A DNA stretch of 64,000 bases, from assembly GCA_023247915.1 (NCBI GenBank), contig JAHFFN010000001.1, forward strand, positions 9,417 to 73,416. The letters are read 5' to 3'. Origin of the DNA: Candidatus Omnitrophota bacterium. Lineage in GTDB: Bacteria > Omnitrophota > Gorgyraeia > 2-02-FULL-51-18. The notes beneath the pieces were generated by a model, which made no database searches, had not been told where the DNA came from, and was given only the letters and a program-made list of their open reading frames with translations. The translations under genes and the position numbers were made by a program. Below are positions 17,935 to 27,070 of the stretch, in pieces (the first letter of the stretch is position 1; every line of letters begins with the position of its first letter).

Positions 17935-19150
17935 CCAACCATGATTTAATTGTTTTGGCCGCGACGCGATGGCCTTCGGGCGTCCAATGAACGTCGATGT
18001 GAAAATTAAGCGGCTTTTCCGCGTGTGGGTAAGCTTCCCGCAGTGCCGGCGTCAGGTCTAAAAAAGATATTTTTTGCGCCTCCGCCAAAGACCGGAGACG
18101 TTTTTCAAATGCCGTTTCCTCGGTCAGCCATTTTTTCTCCACTCGAAGCCCAAGATTCACCGAAACGGGGTCATGATCGGGGTCGTACTGAAAAGGGCAA
18201 GGAATATAAATCATCGCGATTTCCACTCCCCGGCTCCGGCAGTGATCGAATATTTGATTTAAGGTTTTGTCCACGGCTTTCCATCGTTCTTCGGATTCGG
18301 GATCGGAAATATCCAGGGACTGTGTCCAAAAATCGGGCTCCAACAAACCCGCGACCAACCGGTCATGGCAAATCATGAAATGATTTGTTTTTTCGAGATC
18401 TTCTTGAGGAATTTTTTTTGCCCATTCTTCCACTTTTTTAGCAGGAATGCCCTTCCGCATCGCCTCGGCTCTTCCCAATTGAATGACGTCAAATTGTTGA
18501 TGTCGATCCCTGAAATACCGGTAACGCATCAGAGCACCTCTAAGTAAAGTGTACAATCTCGGGAAAATAGCGTGCGCCGCTTTCTTGATCCCCTTTGGTT
18601 CTTCCGGGATCTCTTCTAAGTGAAGCGGCGTTTTCCAATCCGTTTTGCTTATTTCTTGAAGTGTCGGCATGTCATGCAAATCATTCGCGTAAATAGCCAA
18701 AAGCAATTTATCCGGATGATAGGAGAATCCGATCTTGTCTAAAACTCTCGCGTACACATCGGGATTAGCCCCTGAGATGCCACCATTAATGAATAAAATA
18801 TTTTTGTTTTCTTCCGAATATTCCTTTTCAAGAAGAGCCGGGAAAGCCTGTTCAGCTTCCACTCCCAGTCCTTCAACAAAGGAGTCCCCTATAACCAATA
18901 CTCTAATCTCCTCGGGAGATTTTTTTTCTTGGGAAATGTCAGGGTAACGGATTCCTTCACGATTGGCTTCAAAGTGATACGTGCGGTTGATCAGATTCAT
19001 TTCTTTTTTAAAATAGGCGGGATACGACACTCTTTTTTCGAGATTTTGCGAAAAACCGCACCACTCGAGCGTCTTTTCGGACAGCCCCAGCATCAAAAGC
19101 GTCGTGAATAAAAAAATGCATGCGTTTTTGAAAAACAATCCGCTCTTCAC
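17903..19150 (-). CDS. SGNH/GDSL-fold AlgX/AlgJ-like protein, tandem paralogue
   Basis: 415 aa with the same blocks: VIGDSFVEG, IYANDLHD, DVHWTPEGH. Confidence 0.55.
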   Translation of the reverse strand: MKSGLFFKNACIFLFTTLLMLGLSEKTLEWCGFSQNLEKRVSYPAYFKKEMNLINRTYHFEANREGIRYPDISQEKKSPEEIRVLVIGDSFVEGLGVEAEQAFPALLEKEYSEENKNILFINGGISGANPDVYARVLDKIGFSYHPDKLLLAIYANDLHDMPTLQEISKTDWKTPLHLEEIPEEPKGIKKAAHAIFPRLYTLLRGALMRYRYFRDRHQQFDVIQLGRAEAMRKGIPAKKVEEWAKKIPQEDLEKTNHFMICHDRLVAGLLEPDFWTQSLDISDPESEERWKAVDKTLNQIFDHCRSRGVEIAMIYIPCPFQYDPDHDPVSVNLGLRVEKKWLTEETAFEKRLRSLAEAQKISFLDLTPALREAYPHAEKPLNFHIDVHWTPEGHRVAAKTIKSWLDAQGFFNEAS

Positions 19151-19860
19151 CGGTTTTTTCCCTTGGCTCTGATTTTAAAAATCATCCCAAAAGCGTCGGC
19201 TAATTTCCCGATAGTCAATTTGGAGTCGCCTCTTTCGCGGTTCAAAAAATCAATCGGGATTTCGACAATATCGAAACCTTTCCGGTGACACACTTCCAAC
19301 ACTTCGAACACAATCGAAGGCCCCGTCGAAACCATCGAGCTCAAATCAATGGATTCCAGAGCCTTTTTTCTAAAACAACGAAAGCCGGAGGTGCAGTCCT
19401 TGTAAGGCATTTTCAAAAATACGCGTATTGCTCCGTTAGCCATGCCGCTCAACGCGTTCCTCAGCATTCCCCTGTTTTTGATAGCGCCTTTCTTTAGATA
19501 TCTGGAACCAATCACGACATCATGCGAGCGCGCGGCTTCTAAGAAATCAGGGATTTTTTCCGGCGCGTGAGAACCGTCGGCATCCATCTCCAAGATAGGG
19601 TCATAGCCTTTTTGGACGGCGTATTCAAATCCTTGCACGCCGGCAAGGCCGCGGCCGCGGGCACCTGTTCGTGAGATAAGCTCCACTTGAGAAAAATCAG
19701 CAGCTATTTTTTTCACGCATTCGCCGGTTCCGTCAGGAGAGGCGTCATCCACGACGATCAGACGGGCTTCGGGAATCAGCCGAAGAATTTGCCTTAAAAG
19801 CGGTTCGATATTTTGCGCTTCATTGTAGGTAGGAATCACAATCGCGGGAAAAGAAGTCAA
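19147..19860 (-). CDS. GT2 polyprenyl-phosphate sugar synthase (Dpm1/ArnC-like)
   Basis: 237 aa. IPTYNEAQNI, VVDDASPDGTGE and EMDADGSH are the GT2 DxD-type blocks of polyprenol-monophosphate hexose synthases. Confidence 0.75.
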   Translation of the reverse strand: MTSFPAIVIPTYNEAQNIEPLLRQILRLIPEARLIVVDDASPDGTGECVKKIAADFSQVELISRTGARGRGLAGVQGFEYAVQKGYDPILEMDADGSHAPEKIPDFLEAARSHDVVIGSRYLKKGAIKNRGMLRNALSGMANGAIRVFLKMPYKDCTSGFRCFRKKALESIDLSSMVSTGPSIVFEVLEVCHRKGFDIVEIPIDFLNRERGDSKLTIGKLADAFGMIFKIRAKGKNR

Positions 19861-20303
19861 CGATTCAAAGCCTTATAAATCGGAACGAAGTGTTCTTTTT
19901 TTTGGCTCTCGCCCAACACCACACGACCACCGCTCTCCATCCAAGCATGCGCTTCCAAAGAAGCGCTCGGATTCTTACTGACACCGATATAAAGCTCCGA
20001 GGCATGCCCCGACTCTAGGAAAAGAGCCTGCGCAACCAGGGCTTTGGACAAGCAATTTTCGGCAAAACGGCTGTGAGCACTGACGGATTCAATCGCCCAA
20101 ATTATTTTTTCTTTGGAAATACCGCTAAGAACATTCCTCCGTTTCAACAGAAGAATAGGTTGAAATAAAAACTGCATCTGCTTTAGAGGAATAAAAAAAG
20201 TAAAAAAACGACTCACATTTAAAAGAATAAATACTCTCACGATTAGTTTTTTTTCGACCCAGGGTATTTGAAAAAACCGTTTTTTAATTTTCTTTGGATT
20301 CAT
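19857..20303 (-). CDS. Lasso peptide leader peptidase B2 (transglutaminase-like cysteine protease)
   Basis: 148 aa. ENCLSKALVAQALF...ELYIGV...LEAHAWMESGG matches the Cys...His core of lasso B2 (PF13471-like). Confidence 0.8.
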   Translation of the reverse strand: MNPKKIKKRFFQIPWVEKKLIVRVFILLNVSRFFTFFIPLKQMQFLFQPILLLKRRNVLSGISKEKIIWAIESVSAHSRFAENCLSKALVAQALFLESGHASELYIGVSKNPSASLEAHAWMESGGRVVLGESQKKEHFVPIYKALNR

Positions 20304-21553
20304 CGCTTCAGTCTATCAAAAGCCGGCTTGAGAGCAACAGCGGAATAAAAAATAAAGACAAAGTCCATCGGTGCCCGGAGCCGCGTCGCGGGCCAATAAA
20401 ACGCGTAAATCAAAGTCAGGCTCACGACAATCACCCAAAGAAAAATATCTTCTCTAAAAATAGACCGTCTTCTCAAATAAATACCGGCAATCGCTGTGAT
20501 AAAAATAAAAAGATGTGTCACTGAATAGGCCGCCTCCACAAGGAGACTTCGACTAGACGCTCCTGAAATCATAGGGCTTCCGTCGGAGCCGGTCTTCAAC
20601 TGCACCGACTCCTCACACAGATAAAACGGAACCAATCTCGGGTGAAATAAATAAAGAATGTTAAGCGCTTTGAGTCGTATCGTCCTCCAAGGATGCTCCC
20701 GCATAAACCGGAATGCTTTTTGTTGGAAAAGACGGTCGACCTCTGTTTCGGAAGTATCTTTAATTTTAATACCATCCGCTTGAAGCGTCTTGAACGCATA
20801 GTCACCCAGCACATCCACGCTGTATCGCGGGATCACATAATCCGAGTATTCGCAATTGCCTTTAAACAAATTGTAACCACTGCGAGTAGGGACGATGGAG
20901 CCGGTGAGAGTAAAATTTCTGTAAAACATCGGAAATGCCGTCACAAAAACAACTAAAAAAAGAATGGCCGCGTCCCGGAATCTTTTTTTGAATAAAAGAA
21001 TCCCCATTCCTATCAGGACAACCGGGAAAATAACAAATCTCGTTAAAATCGTAAGCCCCAGAGCTAATCCGCAGCCCGCCGCCGCCCTCCATTTTTCAGT
21101 GTTCAAATAATAATACGAGGCTACAATCAAAAGTGTCATAAATAATGGTACCTCGATGATCCCAACAGATTGTCGGATAAGATAAGGATGAAAAGAATAC
21201 AGAAAGACCGCGATCAATCCGACGCGGGATTCTCGCGTAAGCGCCACACAAAGTTTATACAGAAAAATAGTTCCCAAAGCACTGACACCGATTTGAGCCA
21301 TCATCACCCAAAAAAATTGATCCCCAGACAGCCTTCGAAATACCGCCAAAAACAACGGGTAAAACGGTTCATACCAAGAAGTCTCCATTCCTCCGTCAGT
21401 CCACCTCCAACGATGCAACAATTCTTGCATCCAGTATGGGTTCCCGGAGGTTCGAAGTGTTTTAAAATAAAATGAGAGGTAAGAAAACCGGGGAATAAAA
21501 CTCAGAGAGAAAATTAAAAAATATTTTCGCTGATGGGGGAAAAAATCCATCAA
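20300..21553 (-). CDS. GT-C-like polytopic membrane glycosyltransferase
   Basis: 417 aa with about 10 TM segments. It is placed between B1 and B2. GT-C family assignment rests on hydropathy pattern and context only. Confidence 0.4.
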   Translation of the reverse strand: MMDFFPHQRKYFLIFSLSFIPRFSYLSFYFKTLRTSGNPYWMQELLHRWRWTDGGMETSWYEPFYPLFLAVFRRLSGDQFFWVMMAQIGVSALGTIFLYKLCVALTRESRVGLIAVFLYSFHPYLIRQSVGIIEVPLFMTLLIVASYYYLNTEKWRAAAGCGLALGLTILTRFVIFPVVLIGMGILLFKKRFRDAAILFLVVFVTAFPMFYRNFTLTGSIVPTRSGYNLFKGNCEYSDYVIPRYSVDVLGDYAFKTLQADGIKIKDTSETEVDRLFQQKAFRFMREHPWRTIRLKALNILYLFHPRLVPFYLCEESVQLKTGSDGSPMISGASSRSLLVEAAYSVTHLFIFITAIAGIYLRRRSIFREDIFLWVIVVSLTLIYAFYWPATRLRAPMDFVFIFYSAVALKPAFDRLKR

Positions 21554-21843
21554 ATTTTTATTTCAATAAGGCGGGCATCCGCCAATTGATTCAAAACCTG
21601 TAAGATATCCTTCTCGCACGATTCTGTATCCACATCGTATTCTTTCAAAACCGCTTTTTGGATATCCCGCACAAAAATAGGCTTGTCTGAAATAAGATTC
21701 CACACAAACGCGCCCACCGTGTTCAAACCGTAATACATGCCCGCTTTGAGATCCAACACCACCGCCTCTCCGGACAAATCACAAGAAACCTGGTCTTTAG
21801 CCAGACAAACCAAAGCATCCAAAGACAGAGCATTGTTTTTCAT
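21550..21843 (-). CDS. Lasso peptide B1 protein (PqqD-like RRE)
   Basis: 97 aa. AVVLDLKAGMYYGLNTVGAFVWNLI...IQKAVLKEYDVDTESCEKDILQVLNQLADARLIE is a canonical PqqD/RRE. Confidence 0.8.
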   Translation of the reverse strand: MKNNALSLDALVCLAKDQVSCDLSGEAVVLDLKAGMYYGLNTVGAFVWNLISDKPIFVRDIQKAVLKEYDVDTESCEKDILQVLNQLADARLIEIKI

Positions 21844-23342
21844 GTTTCGACCCCCCGAGGAGTTCTTCTATAAACTTCTAAGTCATTTTTCGGAGGTTTT
21901 ATTTTCCAACGGCCAAAACCAATCTCCCCTTTATGATTTGGATTGGAATCTAGAGTGTCCTGCAAAAACCATTCACCCCCAATGTCTCCTTTATAATCTG
22001 CAATAGAATCCGGCCGGATAATCACAATCGACACGTCTTTTTTGTCTTTTTCGGTAAATGTGCTGTATGTCCATAAAAATACATGCGGAGTAATCGCCTT
22101 AACCGCGTAATACGGCAAAAAGCCGCAATACACGACGTCCTCTTTTTTGACATGTTTTTTGATAAAAGTCTCGACCATCCGGTAATCCCTAGCCTCGTAT
22201 TGATACAAAATCAGAGCCAGTCTTGCAGGTAGTCCAGCGATCAACACGAAGGAGATGATGGCCGCCAAAAGAATTTTCTTTTGTTTAGCGCCCAGAGAAA
22301 AATCAGCAGAAAACAGTGCCATAATAACGCAAATTCGAAGCGGTAGACTGATTGTCCAGGAATACTGCACGTGAAAATCCCATACCAGCCACATGATCAA
22401 CGGAAAAAGAAGAAATACCGTTCCGGCAAACCGAAGCCGTGTTTTTTGTTGAGACGTTAGGTAGCGTCCCGCCTTCCATAAAAGGAATAACGCAACAATA
22501 AAAAGAAAGATAGCCCCAACCGAAGCATTTTGAATCACCAAAAGTCTTTGTTTTTCCTGCCAAGTTTGGCCAAAAAAAACATACTGTTTGTTATAAGCCA
22601 AAAAAGCGTCCATCGCGTCATGCCAGCCAAAAAATGCCAGCATCCACGGGATCCCTGAGAAAAACCCGAGTCCCATCATAATAAATTCGTCCAAAAATGC
22701 TTTTTTAAAATAAAAAAAGAAAAGCACTGCGATAAAAATACCATAAAGCACTAGTGGTAACTGTACCCAGGGACAAATAAAAGCCAAAACAAAAATTGAA
22801 ATGAACCGTCCGTATTTATTTTTGATTGAAAAAGAACACAAAAGAGCGGCGGCCAACAAAATTGCCAGCGCATCCTGTCTTCCGCTTCTATAAGAGATCG
22901 TCGCCCCATGTCCACAGAGAGCCAGCACTAAAAGCGTCAAGCGGCCGCGGGTATCCTTGAACCAACCGAATCTCAGCGAGGACAACCATAAAAAAAATCC
23001 TGCCAAAGCCGCAAAAAAATAACCCATGGATCGGATTGTCGTAAGGCTAAATCCAAATATTTTAAGCCAAACAGATAAAAGAAGCGGGTAGAGTGGCACG
23101 TAGCAAGACCAAAAATCATGCCCACTTTGAAAAGGCCACGCATTGGAAACAAATCCTTCACCTAAATATAGATTTAGGCCGGGACTTACATAAAAAACTT
23201 CGTCATACCAAGGAACTGGTGATAAATGAGCGGTGAATAAATTAACTAAAAAGAAAACACTTAAAATCAACGCAACCCACCATGATTCATTTTTGCAGGA
23301 CATACGGCACTCCATAATCTCCGCTACTCCCCCCCTGCGCAT
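21840..23342 (-). CDS. GT-C-like polytopic membrane glycosyltransferase
   Basis: 500 aa. Many TM segments and an N-terminal periplasmic-loop WYDEVFY (DE motif). The start may be an internal Met. Confidence 0.4.
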   Translation of the reverse strand: MRRGGVAEIMECRMSCKNESWWVALILSVFFLVNLFTAHLSPVPWYDEVFYVSPGLNLYLGEGFVSNAWPFQSGHDFWSCYVPLYPLLLSVWLKIFGFSLTTIRSMGYFFAALAGFFLWLSSLRFGWFKDTRGRLTLLVLALCGHGATISYRSGRQDALAILLAAALLCSFSIKNKYGRFISIFVLAFICPWVQLPLVLYGIFIAVLFFFYFKKAFLDEFIMMGLGFFSGIPWMLAFFGWHDAMDAFLAYNKQYVFFGQTWQEKQRLLVIQNASVGAIFLFIVALFLLWKAGRYLTSQQKTRLRFAGTVFLLFPLIMWLVWDFHVQYSWTISLPLRICVIMALFSADFSLGAKQKKILLAAIISFVLIAGLPARLALILYQYEARDYRMVETFIKKHVKKEDVVYCGFLPYYAVKAITPHVFLWTYSTFTEKDKKDVSIVIIRPDSIADYKGDIGGEWFLQDTLDSNPNHKGEIGFGRWKIKPPKNDLEVYRRTPRGVET

Positions 23343-24612
23343 TGATAAAAGTCATCATCAGCGGATAAATCGCCGCCGTCGCTACTAGAGATACGATAAT
23401 CCATGCGCCCACCAAACACCGCGCGGCCTTGTCCCCAAACCATGGAGTGACGCGGCGATAAATCGCAAAAAAACCGAGCGCGATCGCCACAAACACATAA
23501 GGCATCGCCGGAATCATGTGATGCGGATAGACATCAATAGGAGACATCAGCATAAATAGCGGGAAAAAGATCAAAGCAGCAAAAGCGGTCGCGTATTCGG
23601 GTTCCGCGTCTCTGGTGTGCCCTAATTTGATCACTTCCACGAGACCCTCCATGAAAGGCCACGCCAGAATCGCTGTCGCCAAATGAATGAATCCTGTAAG
23701 CCACCCACACGGCCAACGCATAAATTTCATAAATTCATCATCAGCGAGCGCATAGGTCGCTTCCCACCCTGTCGCAAAACTGAAAGGGTGTTTCAGTGGC
23801 ACCATGTGCGCGTTGGAAACAAAAATGGATATAAATTTAAACGGGCTAATGAGCTGCAAGCGCGCTTCGCCGGTAAAATGCGATACCATCGTAAAAACAG
23901 CCCATGGAAAAAATAATGCCACGGACACTCCGATGCCGGCCATCAAACTGGGTTGATGAAATTGAACCTTCCTGCGCCAGGCTGTCCAAGCCAGCGCTAC
24001 TGCCAAAGCAACCGTCGGTAAATACATCTCCGAAGCCAAGGCAATTAAGCATAAAAGAGGAAAAATCGCGCGACTTCTTGATTTTTGAAGCACGCGAACA
24101 AAAAGAGCTAACGCTGGAATCAGAAAAGGCAGGATGAGATCCGGTGACCAAAGTTTGCGTGAAAAAGTGATTGCCCATGGGGAAACCGCAAAAAACGCGA
24201 GCGCAACCAACGCGATCCAACGCCAACGAGAACGAAAAAGACCATACGCCGCCGCCGCAAGACCTATGATGTTGAGCAGGACAACCCACACCACTGTCCC
24301 AAGAGGCGTGCGACCCAGCCATCGAAACAACGTCGTGGTATAAATAAATAAAGGCAATTCATAGATATCGCCCATGCTTGTTTTTAGCCCATAAGGAAGA
24401 AAAGTGGGATGTTTTAAAAAATTTCCCGCCATCACATAAGCATTTTGCTCATCTTCTTTCCATTCCATCGATGAAAAAAAAGATAGGCGGAGCCACGCTC
24501 CGATAATGACCACAAGCACAAACCAAATCCAATGGATAGAGTCTTTATTTTTATCTTCTTTAGGAGATAATCGCGGCATGGATAGCCTCGCAAACGGTTT
24601 CAATATTTTCAC
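23287..24612 (-). CDS. GT-C-like polytopic membrane glycosyltransferase
   Basis: 441 aa. EWKEDEQNAY acidic motif in the first loop, followed by many TM segments. Confidence 0.4.
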   Translation of the reverse strand: MKILKPFARLSMPRLSPKEDKNKDSIHWIWFVLVVIIGAWLRLSFFSSMEWKEDEQNAYVMAGNFLKHPTFLPYGLKTSMGDIYELPLFIYTTTLFRWLGRTPLGTVVWVVLLNIIGLAAAAYGLFRSRWRWIALVALAFFAVSPWAITFSRKLWSPDLILPFLIPALALFVRVLQKSRSRAIFPLLCLIALASEMYLPTVALAVALAWTAWRRKVQFHQPSLMAGIGVSVALFFPWAVFTMVSHFTGEARLQLISPFKFISIFVSNAHMVPLKHPFSFATGWEATYALADDEFMKFMRWPCGWLTGFIHLATAILAWPFMEGLVEVIKLGHTRDAEPEYATAFAALIFFPLFMLMSPIDVYPHHMIPAMPYVFVAIALGFFAIYRRVTPWFGDKAARCLVGAWIIVSLVATAAIYPLMMTFINAQGGSSGDYGVPYVLQK

Positions 24613-25750
24613 TGGTCAAACCGGCACCGGAAGGCAGATAAAATCCAAACTCTGACAAAAGATTGGAGACGGGATAATCTTTTTCTAGATTCGCATATTC
24701 TTTGGCGACCATTTTTTGGCGATGCATGGGCATAAAAAAGGGACGCGTCTCCACGCCTCGCTCGGCCAGAAATTCACAGAGTCTGTCGCGCGTAGGCTTG
24801 ATTTTTTTGGGATCGATCACAAGACCGTACATCCAAAAAACGCTTTGCGCGTCTTTGGATTCCGGAGGCAGTTGAAGGCCTTCTATTTTTTCGAGTTGTT
24901 GTCTATAAAGAGCGGCATTGTCACGTTTTTTTTGAATCAAAGTGTCGATATTCTCAAGCTGTGCCAATCCCAGCGCCGCTTGAATATTGGTCATGCGATA
25001 ATTGTATCCCACCTCTTCATGCCGGTACTGTCGCGTGGCATCCATTGGAAAACACAAATTGCCATAGTAGCGGCAACGCTCCGCCAACGCCGCGTCGCCG
25101 GTCACCACCATCCCCCCTTCGCCGGTGGTGATAATTTTATTCCCATAAAAACTAAAGCAGGAGATATCTCCCATACCGCCGACGCGTTTTCCTTTGTAAA
25201 GAGCGCCATGCGCTTCTGCCGCATCTTCAATAACTTTGAGTCCATGACGCTTTGCCAGATTTAATAGGGGATCCATGTCACAGGGATGTCCGTAGATATG
25301 CGCGGCGAGAATCGCTTTTGTTTTGGGATTAATTTTGGATGCGATTTTAGAAACGTCCATATTCCATGTGACGGGATCCGCGTCGACAAACACGGGCTTG
25401 GCTCCGCAATAAAGTACGGCAAAAAGCAAGGCTACCATCGTAAAATCGGGAACAATCACTTCATCATCTTTTCCGATTCCCAGCGCCTTGAGCACTAAGT
25501 GAAGTGCTGCTGTTCCACTGGTAGTCGCGATTCCGTAGGGGCGACCGCAGAAAGCACTGAACTGGTCTTCAAATTTTTTAAGATAAGGCCCTTTGGAGGA
25601 AACCCATCCGGAACGAACCGCGTCTAAAACATAGTCGGTTTCGCGACCCAAAAAAAGAGGCTCGCAAACGGGAATCTTATTGAATGTCTGGGTTTTCAAA
25701 TTTATCTTTGTCGAGATCTTGGACAACATAGGGCCCCTGCTTGATTTCAA
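24560..25750 (-). CDS. DegT/DnrJ/EryC1/StrS-family PLP-dependent sugar aminotransferase (ArnB/perosamine-synthase-like)
   Basis: 396 aa with a typical fold-type-I sugar aminotransferase sequence: VIVPDFTMVA, FSFYGNKIITTGEGG, Lys-containing block. Confidence 0.8.
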   Translation of the reverse strand: MKSSRGPMLSKISTKINLKTQTFNKIPVCEPLFLGRETDYVLDAVRSGWVSSKGPYLKKFEDQFSAFCGRPYGIATTSGTAALHLVLKALGIGKDDEVIVPDFTMVALLFAVLYCGAKPVFVDADPVTWNMDVSKIASKINPKTKAILAAHIYGHPCDMDPLLNLAKRHGLKVIEDAAEAHGALYKGKRVGGMGDISCFSFYGNKIITTGEGGMVVTGDAALAERCRYYGNLCFPMDATRQYRHEEVGYNYRMTNIQAALGLAQLENIDTLIQKKRDNAALYRQQLEKIEGLQLPPESKDAQSVFWMYGLVIDPKKIKPTRDRLCEFLAERGVETRPFFMPMHRQKMVAKEYANLEKDYPVSNLLSEFGFYLPSGAGLTSENIETVCEAIHAAIIS

Positions 25751-26093
25751 TCAACTCGCCTTCTTCGATGAATTTAAAACCATGCCCACCCGAGACAAAC
25801 AGAATCGTATCATCCTTAATAAGCTTGATCGCTTGAATAAATTTTCTTTCCTCGGTGTACAAGTCCACCAAAATAGACCCGCTTTTGACAAATAGCGCCT
25901 CCAGCGTGTACGTGACTCCGCGCGGCGCAGGTTTGTGTACGTGAGGCAGGATACGATGATTGGCGGGATAACGCATGTAGCCCATTTGAAGCGTCAATTC
26001 ATCCGCGGTAAAAAACTCAAGCCCCGGCTTGGAATGATCATGCGTTAAAACGAGCGCGATGAGTTTATTTTTATCCCGGATTTCTTTTAGCAT
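25677..26093 (-). CDS. WxcM/FdtA-like cupin (NDP-4-keto-6-deoxyhexose 3,4-ketoisomerase candidate)
   Basis: 138 aa. HVHKP His pair in a small cupin. Located between the aminotransferase and GMD genes. Confidence 0.45.
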   Translation of the reverse strand: MLKEIRDKNKLIALVLTHDHSKPGLEFFTADELTLQMGYMRYPANHRILPHVHKPAPRGVTYTLEALFVKSGSILVDLYTEERKFIQAIKLIKDDTILFVSGGHGFKFIEEGELIEIKQGPYVVQDLDKDKFENPDIQ

Positions 26094-27070
26094 TTTTTAA
26101 TTTTGATTTCGTTCTCGGCGTCTTCTTTGTCTTGCGCGATCATGCACGCGATTAATTCTTTAAAGGTCAGTGTCTGTTTAAAGCCAAAAGTCTTCTTTGC
26201 TTTTGTCGCATCCGCTCGAAGCGACGCGGTTCCGCCGGGTCTAAAGAATTTGGGATCAATTTGAATGTACTTGTTAGCGTCAAGCCCCACTTGTCGAAAA
26301 GCCTCTTCGGCCCATTCCCGCACCGAGTGAATCTCGCCAGTGCCGATAATAAAATCATCCGCTTTCTCAAGTTGCAAAATGCTGTGAGCGGCTTCCATGT
26401 AGTCCTTGGCATACCCAAAATCGATTCGAATATCGATATTCCCTAACAATAATTTATCCTGAAGCCCCATGGAAATACGCACCGCGGCTTTGGTGATTTT
26501 ACGTGTCACGTATTCTTCGACGCGACGCGGGGATTCATGATTAAAAAAGATGCCGGTCGAAGCAAAAAGACCGTGCACTTCCCTGAAATAACGCACAAGC
26601 ATCCACGCATAGGCTTTCGCGCACGCGTAAGGACTCTGCGGTTTAAGAGGGGTGTTTTCATTTTGACTGTCCCCCTCGGCTTGACCAAACATATTGGAAG
26701 TTAGCGGCTGAAAATATTTTATTTTCTTATCCGTCTGGCAAATAATCTCCATAAGGCGCCCCGGCGCGGCACCGGTGATATCGGACGCGTAATCCACCAC
26801 GTGATAACTCCAACCGGCGTGGTCTTGATCCGCTTCATTATAAATTTCGTGGGGTTTGATGGATTGAATGATGCGATAAAGAGAAGGTGCGTCCGCCAAG
26901 TCCCCCGCTTCTAATTTTATTTTATCCAGCAAGTGACGAATATTTTTGGTGTTTCCCGTGGCTGAACGCCGGACAAGTCCAAAAACCTCGTATCCTTTTT
27001 CAAGAAGGATTTCGGCTAGATAACTGCCGTCCTGCCCGGTCACGCCAAGAATCAGCGCTTTCTTTTTCAT
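26087..27070 (-). CDS. gmd: GDP-mannose 4,6-dehydratase
   Basis: 327 aa. The MKKKALILGVTGQDGSYLAEILLEKGYEVFGLVRRS N-terminus and the SDR YxxxK core are typical of GMD. Confidence 0.85.
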   Translation of the reverse strand: MKKKALILGVTGQDGSYLAEILLEKGYEVFGLVRRSATGNTKNIRHLLDKIKLEAGDLADAPSLYRIIQSIKPHEIYNEADQDHAGWSYHVVDYASDITGAAPGRLMEIICQTDKKIKYFQPLTSNMFGQAEGDSQNENTPLKPQSPYACAKAYAWMLVRYFREVHGLFASTGIFFNHESPRRVEEYVTRKITKAAVRISMGLQDKLLLGNIDIRIDFGYAKDYMEAAHSILQLEKADDFIIGTGEIHSVREWAEEAFRQVGLDANKYIQIDPKFFRPGGTASLRADATKAKKTFGFKQTLTFKELIACMIAQDKEDAENEIKIKKC

